Of a DNA stretch of 19,628 nt, positions 8,448-15,804 are shown piece by piece. Source of the stretch: an uncultured Actinomycetes bacterium (lineage in GTDB: Bacteria; Actinomycetota; Thermoleophilia; RBG-16-64-13); NCBI GenBank assembly GCA_963841735.1, contig CAWJDT010000008.1, forward strand, positions 1-19,628, written 5' to 3'. The translations under genes were made by a program, and so were the position numbers. A model generated the notes under the pieces. It was given only the letters and a program-made list of their open reading frames with translations. It did no database searches and was not told where the DNA came from. Positions within the stretch are counted from its first letter, which is position 1. Each line of letters opens with the position of its first letter.

Positions 8448-8954
8448 TTACATCTCGACCGGATATCCGGCTGCGACCCATGCGTCGTACTCGCCCGCCA
8501 GCCGATACACGTTGTCGAATCCGGCATCTACGAGAGCTTGGGCTCCGGCCCTGGACGCGCTCTCGCTGTGGCAGTAAACAAGGTAGGTGGCAGTGGGATC
8601 AAGGGATGGAATGGTAGCCGCCAGAGTCCCGTCGCCACCGTAGTAGTTGACCGCTCCCGGCAGATGCCCCTCTGCATACAGTGGCGAAACGTCGACGACG
8701 ATCACGTCGGGCATCGTGTCGATGAGCGCCTTGGCCTGCTCGGGGGTCAGGTCGACGTACTCTCCCGCCATCGTCCCGGGGATGTCCACGCCGCCCATGG
8801 TGGTCTCAGTCGCGCCCATCGTGGTCTCAGTCGCCCCCGCGGTGGTCTCTGTCGGTGCCACGGTCGTCTCGGTGCTTGAGCTTCCGCACGCCGCCAAGGC
8901 GATTACCGCGAATCCCAATAGAAGGATGGCCAATGTCAGCAGGTTCCTCTTCAT
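8448..8954 (-). CDS. Rhodanese-domain lipoprotein
   Basis: Signal peptide with lipobox LAAC and Thr-rich linker, then LTPEQAKALI..IVVDVS..YAEGHLPGAVN..LVYCHSESAS..A..L...GFDNVYRLAGEYDAW..AGYPVE. Confidence 0.88.
   Translation of the reverse strand: MKRNLLTLAILLLGFAVIALAACGSSSTETTVAPTETTAGATETTMGATETTMGGVDIPGTMAGEYVDLTPEQAKALIDTMPDVIVVDVSPLYAEGHLPGAVNYYGGDGTLAATIPSLDPTATYLVYCHSESASRAGAQALVDAGFDNVYRLAGEYDAWVAAGYPVEM
8793..8876. repeat. Four 21-nt imperfect tandem repeats encoding (TETTxxx)4
   Basis: Units start at 8793, 8814, 8835 and 8856 (e.g. gcccatggtggtctcagtcgc); protein reads TETTVAP TETTAGA TETTMGA TETTMGG. Confidence 0.85.
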
Positions 8955-8986
8955 GAGCTTCTTTCTCCTCCCATACATTTCCCGCG

Positions 8987-9319
8987 CTACGCGCGGATGA
9001 GCACGAGCATCATCTTGAAGGGGGTCAGGGCCTCCAGCGCGTGAGGCACGTTGGCCGGCATGATGATCATCTGCCCCTCGCCGACCTCGTGCGCGACCCC
9101 ATCGAGGGTGACTCGCACCCGGCCCTCGAGTGAGTGGACAAGCGCGTCGAATGGAGCGGTGTGTTCACTCAAGCCCTCCCCTTGATCGAACGCGAACACC
9201 GAGACCGTCCCCTGCGGCTTGCTGATCACCTCCCGGCTCACGACAGCACCGGGTTGCACCTCCACCAAAGAGGTCACTTCGACCTCTTGGCCGAGCACCA
9301 GCTCGGATGCTCTTGCCAT
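8987..9319 (-). CDS. Small cupin-domain protein
   Basis: VFAFDQGEGLSEHTAPFDALVHSLEG...MPANVPHALEA cupin motifs; SD AGGGGG. Confidence 0.9.
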   Translation of the reverse strand: MARASELVLGQEVEVTSLVEVQPGAVVSREVISKPQGTVSVFAFDQGEGLSEHTAPFDALVHSLEGRVRVTLDGVAHEVGEGQMIIMPANVPHALEALTPFKMMLVLIRA

Positions 9320-9364
9320 GCTGTACCCCCTGCCCGTCGGTTGCGGCCCGGTGGACCCGCGCGC

Positions 9365-9484
9365 TCACTTCTGCGACGGGCTCGGACCTTCGAATTCGAA
9401 CCCGTTGTCTCGGAGGATAGTGATCAGCTCCGGATACTCCTCGGTAAGGTCGTACAGGCTCTTGTTCAAGTCGAGGGACTTCAA
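9365..9484 (-). CDS. 39-aa DUF1858-like ORF (possibly an internally deleted remnant)
   Basis: GGAGG-N7-TTG start; MKSLDLNKSLYDLTEEYPELITILRDNGFEFEGPSPSQK* matches the recalled DUF1858 N-terminus (IDLxKSxYxLxExYPELIxIL..GF). Below the ORF-track size cutoff. Confidence 0.65.
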   Translation of the reverse strand: MKSLDLNKSLYDLTEEYPELITILRDNGFEFEGPSPSQK

Positions 9485-9536
9485 CTGCACACCTCCCATG
9501 AGGGGGTTATGTGTCAGTCGCCCTCGATCGAAACCT

Positions 9537-9878
9537 CTAGCGGAACTCCACCCTCACTCCCGGGTGCATCTGCTGGATGAGCTGGGCGATAGCGGTCCGT
9601 TGGTCTGGACCCTCCACCGTGTCGAGTTCGATTGTGCTGTCATCGCTCGCGACGCCGGCGGCTGTACTCGGGCGCGCGGCAGAAAGGAATCCTTCGACCC
9701 GCGCATAGTCCCAGCTGCCGTGTCCGCAGCAAGAGACCTCTACACAGGCGCTGCCCAGGGTGTAGATCACCCGTCGTCCAGCGTACTCGAGCGACCCCTC
9801 CTCCAGCGGCTGGTAGTATCCCCATGGGGCCTGGACCTCTCCGCCCATCTGCCCGCGCGAGTATGCGATCTTGGCCAT
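9537..9878 (-). CDS. Hypothetical protein with a C-x3-SCCG motif
   Basis: 113 aa from ATG 9878 (SD GAGGTG): GGEV.A.WGYY...E..L...GRRVIY.LG.ACVEVSCCG.G...YARVEG. It resembles uncharacterised proteins recalled from anaerobes. Confidence 0.7.
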   Translation of the reverse strand: MAKIAYSRGQMGGEVQAPWGYYQPLEEGSLEYAGRRVIYTLGSACVEVSCCGHGSWDYARVEGFLSAARPSTAAGVASDDSTIELDTVEGPDQRTAIAQLIQQMHPGVRVEFR

Positions 9879-9995
9879 CATCACCTCTGGTCTTATGCCG
9901 TGTCGAAGCTGATGACCCAATGATAGCGCCGAGGCGCGTATCTTAGCGATCACACCTGCGCGCGCAAGGTCCGGGGACGCAGGCGACCGGCCGAT

Positions 9996-10021
9996 GATTA
10001 CGGGCCAGCGTGTGTGGGAAT
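9996..10021 (+). promoter_or_regulatory. Candidate SigB/SigF-family promoter for the STAS gene
   Basis: GATTA-N15-GGGAAT, flanked by the 9-bp inverted repeat GGCCGATGA (9989-9997) / TCATCGGCC (10030-10038). Confidence 0.45.
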
Positions 10022-10071
10022 ACGCAAGCTCATCGGCCACGACGCGACCGAAGATTCAGCGAGGGTCTTAG

Positions 10072-10512
10072 ATGAACATCACCGAGAGCGAGATGCACGG
10101 CCTTCCCCTCTTGTCGGTAGAGGGGGAGCTGGATCATTCCTCCAAGCAAGAGTTCCGGGAAGCCGTCGACTCGATTGTGCGCGGCGCATACCCGCCCCAG
10201 AACCTGCTCATAGATATGACCGACTGCGCGTACTTAGACAGCGCCGGTCTGGGTGTTCTCTTCTCCGCCTTAAGAGGACTGCCCGACAGCGGATGGTTGG
10301 GGCTCATCGGCGTCGCACCAGAGATCAAGCGCGTGCTCACCTACGCCGGACTCCTAGACGTCGCAAGGGTCCGCTTCTTCTCCTCCATGAACGACGCCGC
10401 CGCTTCACTGGCACGCGAGCCGTTGATGCCACTTGAGGCCGAGGCCGAACCGCCGGACTACAAACGCCCACTGGATGCTTGGGAGAGATGGGAGCACGGC
10501 GAACCTCTCTGA
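10072..10512 (+). CDS. STAS-domain anti-sigma-factor antagonist (RsbV/SpoIIAA-like)
   Basis: LSVEGELDH..LLIDMTDCAYLDSAGLGVL (phosphorylatable Ser)..IKRVLTYAGL, plus a C-terminal extension of about 30 aa. Confidence 0.9.
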   Translation: MNITESEMHGLPLLSVEGELDHSSKQEFREAVDSIVRGAYPPQNLLIDMTDCAYLDSAGLGVLFSALRGLPDSGWLGLIGVAPEIKRVLTYAGLLDVARVRFFSSMNDAAASLAREPLMPLEAEAEPPDYKRPLDAWERWEHGEPL

Positions 10513-10527
10513 GCTTCTAGATGCGCT

Positions 10528-10554
10528 GTTTCTTGGCGGGCATCATCTGGGTAT
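10528..10554 (+). promoter_or_regulatory. Candidate SigB/SigF-family promoter for the ferritin-like gene
   Basis: GTTT-N17-GGGTAT, an exact match to the mycobacterial SigF consensus GTTT-N15-17-GGGTA. Confidence 0.6.
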
Positions 10555-10606
10555 TACAACACCACCATTTGCACGAATCGTATAGATCGACCCCTGGGGG
10601 TGGCAC

Positions 10607-11050
10607 ATGGCCTCGTTGGACCCTGCGACCAAGGTCAGCAAAGAGTTGAAGGATCTGTTGAACGCCGCGATAGCTCGGGAGATCCAAGTATCAGTGCAGT
10701 ACATGTGGCAGCACGTCCAAGCTGGAGGCGTGAAAGGCGTGGCGGTCGCCGACGAGTTCCGTTCGGTGGCCATCGCCGAGATGAAGCATGCCGAGATGAT
10801 CGCGGAGCGGCTCTGGTACTTGGGAGAGACCCCGACCACCAAGCCTGCCCCCATCATCGTCGGGGACAACCTGAAGCAGTTCCTAGAGGTCGACACCAAG
10901 GCCGAGGTGGAAGCCATCGAGCTGTACCGCCAGATCATCGAACTGGCGCGCAAGGAGCATGACGTCACCACCGCGCACATGTTCGAAGGCATCCTCTCCG
11001 ATGAGGAAGAGCACCACGACCTGTTCACCACCATGCTCGAGGAAGTCTAG
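10607..11050 (+). CDS. Bacterioferritin-like (ferritin superfamily) protein
   Basis: Ferroxidase residues intact (ARE..QY, EMKHAE..AER, AE..AI..Y, DEEEH); the Met in EMKH corresponds to the Bfr heme ligand. Confidence 0.88.
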   Translation: MASLDPATKVSKELKDLLNAAIAREIQVSVQYMWQHVQAGGVKGVAVADEFRSVAIAEMKHAEMIAERLWYLGETPTTKPAPIIVGDNLKQFLEVDTKAEVEAIELYRQIIELARKEHDVTTAHMFEGILSDEEEHHDLFTTMLEEV

Positions 11051-11105
11051 GCCTGCATCGCGTAGACGCGCCCCTGCTGGGCGTCGCGGATATGACCAGT
11101 AGCGA

Positions 11106-11141
11106 GACGCCCGCCCCCGGCTCAAGCCGGGGGCGGGCGTC
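11106..11141. terminator. Strong hairpin, probable bidirectional terminator between the ferritin-like gene and glnK
   Basis: GACGCCCGCCCCCGGC-tcaa-GCCGGGGGCGGGCGTC, a perfect 16-bp stem. Confidence 0.8.
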
Positions 11142-11188
11142 GTACAGGGAGGGTGTCGCACTAAGCTCGTGCGACATGCCGCGCACGT

Positions 11189-11530
11189 TCAGCCTATGGC
11201 TGGTCCTCCGCGCTCGCCTGTTCTGATACGCACGACCTCGACCAGATCTTGGACGAATATCTTGCCGTCTCCGATCTCGCCCGTGCGCGCTCCGTTCACG
11301 ATGCCTTCGATGGTGGGCTCCAAGTAGTCATCGTTGACTGCGATCTCGAGCCTCGTCTTCTTGAGCAGGTTGACCTCCATCTTGACGCCCCGGTAGGTCT
11401 CCTCGTATCCCATCTGCTGGCCACAGCCGAGCGAGTTGGTGACCGACATCTTGGTGACGCCTTTCTCGAACAGCGCTCGCTTCACGTCGTCCAACTTCTC
11501 GGGCTGTATGTATGCGATCACTAGCTTCAT
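11189..11530 (-). CDS. glnK: P-II nitrogen regulatory protein, 113 aa
   Basis: [55 protein letters not shown]; directly downstream of amtB; SD AAGGAGG. Confidence 0.95.
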   Translation of the reverse strand: MKLVIAYIQPEKLDDVKRALFEKGVTKMSVTNSLGCGQQMGYEETYRGVKMEVNLLKKTRLEIAVNDDYLEPTIEGIVNGARTGEIGDGKIFVQDLVEVVRIRTGERGGPAIG

Positions 11531-11555
11531 CGTCTTTCCTCCTTGAGCCCGGTCG

Positions 11556-12825
11556 CTAGTTGGTAGTGAAGATCTGGAACCCGGCGTAAGCTTCCATGCC
11601 GTGCTCGCCAACATCCAGGCCACGTAGTTCCTCTTCGCGCGACACTCGCAGACCGACTGTCTTCTTGATCGCATAGAAGAGTATCAGGCCAAGACCGAAA
11701 GCCCATGCGAAGGCAGTCACCACACCGAGTGCCTGCACACCAAGCAGATGGGCGCCGCCGCCGTAGAACAATCCGCTGTCTACCGCAAACAGTCCCACCG
11801 CCAGGGTGCCCCATGCACCGCAGACGGCGTGCACACTCACGGCACCGACCGGGTCGTCCACCTTCAGCACCGTGTCGATGAAGCGGACGCTCAAGACCAC
11901 GAGGGCACCGGCGACCGCGCCGAGTGCAATCGCGCCCCAGCCAGACACCGAGAAGCATCCGGCAGTGATGGCGACCAAGCCTGCCAGGGCGCCGTTCATT
12001 GTCATCGAGGCGTCGGGCTTCTTGGACATGATCCAGGAAGTCGCCAGAGCGACCACGGCGCCGGCACAAGCGGCTAAGTTTGTGGTCACCGCGATCCTGC
12101 CGATCTCACCGATTCCAGCGGTCGTGCTACCGGCGTTGAACCCGAACCATCCGAACCACAAGATGAAGACACCAAGGGCCGCAAGGGGGAGGTTGTGACC
12201 GGGGATGGCCTTGGGCTTGCCGTCCGGGCCGTACTTGCCGATGCGGGGACCGAGGATGATGGCGCCGGCCAAAGCCAGCCAGCCGCCGATGGAATGCACG
12301 ACGGTGGATCCGGCGAAGTCGACGAAGCCCAGGTTCTCCAACCAACCGCCGCCGTCGCCCAGACTGCCCCAGGCCCAAGAACCGAAGACGGGATAGATGA
12401 AGGCGCAGATGACTACGCTGTAGATGAGGTATCCCTTGAACTTGGTCCGTCTCTGCCATGGCGCCCGAGACGATGGTGGCCGCGGTCGCTGCAAACACCG
12501 TCTGGAAGATCAAGAAGGTGAAGTTCCAGCCGCCCCCGGTCCAGTCGCTGCCCTCGCCGGCGAAACCACTGGTCCCGAAGAAGCCGTTGGTCACGCCGAA
12601 CATCAGGCCGAAGCCGACCAGCCAGAAGACCAGGCTGCCGACGGAGAAGTCCATCAGGTTCTTCATGAGTATGTTGACCGCATTCTTGGCTCTTGTGAAG
12701 CCGGTCTCGACCATGGCGAAACCGGCCTGCATGAAGAACACCAAGAAAGCGGCCACGCACGTCCAGACTATGTCCAAGTTGGTCTGGACCTGTGCAGTAG
12801 CGTCTACGATAGAGGTAGCATCCAA
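11556..12825 (-). CDS. amtB: Ammonium transporter Amt with a +1 frameshift near 12450 (sequencing error or pseudogene)
   Basis: [36 protein letters not shown] lies in one frame and [47 protein letters not shown] in another. Removing T12450 restores SGAMAERTKF. Confidence 0.93.
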
Positions 12826-12976
12826 GAGTCGCCTCCCTTCCTACGAAATGCGGACAATGAGCACAGCGCTGTTGACCACACTTTAGTGAAGATGAAGAGA
12901 CCCAGTGCATGGCCCGATGTACAAGGCGGCGGGGGTCTTGTTGTACTTCTGTCCTTCTATCGGAAGTGCGACCCCG

Positions 12977-15142
12977 TCAGTCGACGGATGGCAGGGGCTT
13001 GCGTGGCGGATCCACGGCTATATGAGGTAGCCAGCGCTCGATCACCTTGGGTAGATGCCAGTTCGCTTTGCCCAGCACATGCATGAGTGCCGGCACCAAT
13101 ATCGTGCGCAGCACAAACGCGTCCAGGAAGACGGCTGTCGCCAGGCCGACCCCGAACTGGGCCACTATCCTGTCGCCTCCGAACACGAACGCTCCGAACA
13201 CGCAGAACATGATGGCCGCTGCGGCGGTGATGATCCTTCCGGTCGCAGTCTGACCCATGATCACCGCCCGGCGATTGTCGCGCGTATCCACCCACTCCTC
13301 ACGCATGCGACTGACCAAGAAGACCTGGTAGTCCATCGAGAGGCCGAAAAGCACCGCCAGCATCAGTACCGGCTGGAAGGCCTCCACCGGGCCGGCGCCA
13401 CCTAGACCCAGCAGCTCCGAGCCCCAGCCCCACTGGAAGATGGCCACCACCACGCCGAAGCTGGCGGCGGCAGACAGCAGATTCATCAAGGCGGCAGTCA
13501 GAGGCACGACCCAACTGCGGAAAGCCAAGAACAGCAGCACGACCCCAAGCGAGACGATGATCGCGAGAAACAGCGGCAGCTTCGCAGTGATCACCCCTGC
13601 GAAGTCATCAGCGACCGCCGTGGAGCCACCCACCAGGACTTCCAGGCTGGTACCCCGCTCGGCGGCAGGTATCACGTCGCTTCGTAGGCGACCGATGAGT
13701 TCGCTGGTCTGCGAGTCTTGTGGTGAAGTGGTCGGGATCACCTGAATGACGCCCAGGGGTGAGCCCTCTGGATACGGATAGGCCTCCACCGCGGCCACGC
13801 CTGTGGTGCTGTCGAGCCGGACGGCCAACGCCTGCAGGGCCTCACTATCGGCGGGTGCACTCATCTGGGCGACCAGCAGCAGCGGACCGTTGGACCCCGG
13901 TCCAAAGCCCTCACTGAGCAAGTCGTAGGCTCTGCGAGGGGTGGCTGAGGCGGATTCGTTCCCGGCATCGGAGAACCCAAGGTTGAGTGACAAGAAGGGC
14001 ACGGCCAGCAAAATCATGACAAGACCAGAGCTGACGGCGAGTATCGCCGGTCGCCTCGACACGTATCCTCCCAAACGGGCCCAGAAACCGTGCTGCGGCA
14101 CCGGTCTCGGGCCGTCCTCGGCCAGTCGTCGGCGCTCGCGCCGGCTGAGGATGCGAGGACCCATGAGACCGAGCAAGGCCGGAAGCAGCGTCACTGCCGC
14201 CGCCAAGGTGAGCACCACCGCGAAGACTGTGGCGTAGGCCAGGCCGTTCAGAAGGTTGACGTTCAGTATCAGCAGTCCGAGCAGAGCCACACAGACAGTC
14301 GCCCCCGCGAACAGCACGGCTCGTCCGGCGGTATTGAGGGCCCCCACCGCGGCCTCCTCACAGGTTCGTCCCTCTTTGAGGCCCTGCCTGTGCCTGGTGA
14401 CGATGAACAATGCGTAGTCGATGCCGACGCCCAAGCCCACCACCACCGCCATCGTCGGCGAGACCGAGTTGATACCCACGCCGTGAGACAGCAGATCTAT
14501 GCCAAGAAGGGTCAGGCCCAAGGCGAAGCCGGCCGTCAGAAGAGGCAACAGCATGCCGAAGAACGACCCGAACGCCAACAGGATTATCACCGCGGCCGCA
14601 CCCAGCCCGATTGCCGCGCTGCTCGACAGAGAGACGTCGGTGACTCCTTCGACGGCTTCTCCACCCATCTCTACCTGCAGTCCGGCACTGGAGGCACCCT
14701 GGGCCAGATCCATGAGGCCCACGATGTCCTCTTTGGGCAGATCTTCGGCTTTGCCGGTAAGCGTCACGGTAGCGAACGCCGTCTGCCCGTCTGCGCTCAC
14801 CTGCGCGGCACCGGCCTCATCGTAGGGACTCACCACCTCGGCCACCGACGGCGATGCCGCCACCTCGGTCAAGAGGGCCTCCATGCGCGCCTCCACGGCG
14901 TCGTCGTACACATCCCCTTCGGACGTGTGCCAGACGACAGTCCCTGAGTCGCGCGACTGATCGGGCATGTACGCTTTGATAAGGTTGAACGCTTGGGTCG
15001 ATTCCGCGCCCGGAAGGCTGAACGAATCGGAATAGGCACTGCCGAAGGCATGCCGAAAGCCAAAGACCAGAACTAGAACAGCGAGCCAAACGACGACGAC
15101 GACTACGCGGTGCCGATAGCACCAGCGGGCAAGACCAGCCAC
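12977..15142 (-). CDS. MMPL family (ActII-3/YdfJ-type) RND transporter
   Basis: GLGVGIDYALFIVTRHR, TAGRAVLFAG, RRAYDLLSEGFGPGSNGPL, FGLSMDYQVFLVSRMREE and TGRIITAAAAIM motifs; GTG 15142 after SD AAGGAG. Confidence 0.93.
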   Translation of the reverse strand: MAGLARWCYRHRVVVVVVWLAVLVLVFGFRHAFGSAYSDSFSLPGAESTQAFNLIKAYMPDQSRDSGTVVWHTSEGDVYDDAVEARMEALLTEVAASPSVAEVVSPYDEAGAAQVSADGQTAFATVTLTGKAEDLPKEDIVGLMDLAQGASSAGLQVEMGGEAVEGVTDVSLSSSAAIGLGAAAVIILLAFGSFFGMLLPLLTAGFALGLTLLGIDLLSHGVGINSVSPTMAVVVGLGVGIDYALFIVTRHRQGLKEGRTCEEAAVGALNTAGRAVLFAGATVCVALLGLLILNVNLLNGLAYATVFAVVLTLAAAVTLLPALLGLMGPRILSRRERRRLAEDGPRPVPQHGFWARLGGYVSRRPAILAVSSGLVMILLAVPFLSLNLGFSDAGNESASATPRRAYDLLSEGFGPGSNGPLLLVAQMSAPADSEALQALAVRLDSTTGVAAVEAYPYPEGSPLGVIQVIPTTSPQDSQTSELIGRLRSDVIPAAERGTSLEVLVGGSTAVADDFAGVITAKLPLFLAIIVSLGVVLLFLAFRSWVVPLTAALMNLLSAAASFGVVVAIFQWGWGSELLGLGGAGPVEAFQPVLMLAVLFGLSMDYQVFLVSRMREEWVDTRDNRRAVIMGQTATGRIITAAAAIMFCVFGAFVFGGDRIVAQFGVGLATAVFLDAFVLRTILVPALMHVLGKANWHLPKVIERWLPHIAVDPPRKPLPSVD

Positions 15143-15244
15143 AATGTCTCCTTGATACAACTACAACTTACTACGAGACAGCACAGCATGGTCCAACGGT
15201 TCCGCAAGCGCCCCCGCACCAACAAGGGCTGACTGTCGCGGGGG

Positions 15245-15268
15245 AGTATAGCGCTCACAGGTTATACT
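15245..15268. promoter_or_regulatory. Symmetric divergent -10 pair or palindromic operator
   Basis: AGTATAgc-N8-gtTATACT gives TATACT on both strands, between the divergent MMPL and DUF4255 genes. Confidence 0.45.
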
Positions 15269-15277
15269 GCGTCGCAG

Positions 15278-15751
15278 ATGGACGAGACGCTCGACTTCAT
15301 GCGCCGGGAGCTCCGCTTCCGCTTAGGCTTGGCCGACGACCAGGTGACACTGGACAATGCCCGCTCGCTCTCACTTGCCTCCGACACCAGGGGGGTGGTC
15401 ATCACCCTGGTCAATGTGGGGGTCAGCAACTATCAGGGCAGCGCCCTCAAGCAGCCTGGATGGCAAGACTTGGTCGAGCTGACCGTGCTCGTCTCGTTCC
15501 GCTTCCCCCACTACAAGACCAGCCTCACACAACTCGATCGCACCATGCAGCTGCTTCATGCCAAACCCGCTTACACACAGGCCGATGCGCATCCTGAGAA
15601 TCCATTCCCGCAAGGGCTGGAGAGGGTCATGTTCACGCTGAAGCCCATGGATTTCGAGGCGCTCCGGCACATGTGGACGACACTGGGAGACGCGCAGGTG
15701 CCCTCGGTCGTATACAACGTGCGCATGATCCTCGCTCGAGAACACGTCTGA
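15278..15751 (+). CDS. DUF4255 / Pvc16 N-terminal domain protein (contractile injection system tail-cap homologue), orphan
   Basis: Pattern L..L...L, VITLVN, L.VL..F..Y..SL..L......L...P.Y, L..V...L..M.FE.L..MW..LG....PSVVY.VR matches the recalled DUF4255 (PF14065) signature. Confidence 0.75.
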   Translation: MDETLDFMRRELRFRLGLADDQVTLDNARSLSLASDTRGVVITLVNVGVSNYQGSALKQPGWQDLVELTVLVSFRFPHYKTSLTQLDRTMQLLHAKPAYTQADAHPENPFPQGLERVMFTLKPMDFEALRHMWTTLGDAQVPSVVYNVRMILAREHV

Positions 15752-15752
15752 C

Positions 15753-15779
15753 GTTTCGCGACCAGTCCTCGCGGGGCAA
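15753..15779 (+). promoter_or_regulatory. Candidate SigB/SigF-family promoter for the cytochrome b5-like gene
   Basis: GTTT-N17-GGGCAA. Confidence 0.4.
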
Positions 15780-15804
15780 CATATGCTCGAAAGGGGGGCG
15801 AGTC

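Noticed and set aside
8793-8876. CRISPR-like repeats
   Set aside because: These are contiguous 21-nt coding repeats without spacers, and there are no cas genes.
9320-9367. Selenocysteine readthrough fusing the DUF1858-like ORF to the cupin (in-frame TGA)
   Set aside because: The TGA is not in a redox motif, there is no convincing SECIS hairpin, the cupin has its own SD, and in-frame spacing occurs one time in three by chance.
10607-11050. Encapsulin cargo ferritin
   Set aside because: There is no C-terminal targeting peptide (the protein ends MLEEV) and no encapsulin gene in the window.
12430-12470. Programmed ribosomal frameshift or phase variation in amtB
   Set aside because: There is no slippery sequence or simple-sequence repeat of meaningful length, and the indel-prone assembly is a simpler explanation.
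12870-12895. ANTAR RNA hairpin (CAC-TAAAGT-GTG) upstream of amtB
   Set aside because: The loop lacks the A1/G4 pattern, there is no second hairpin or terminator, and TAAAGT is better explained as a -10 box.
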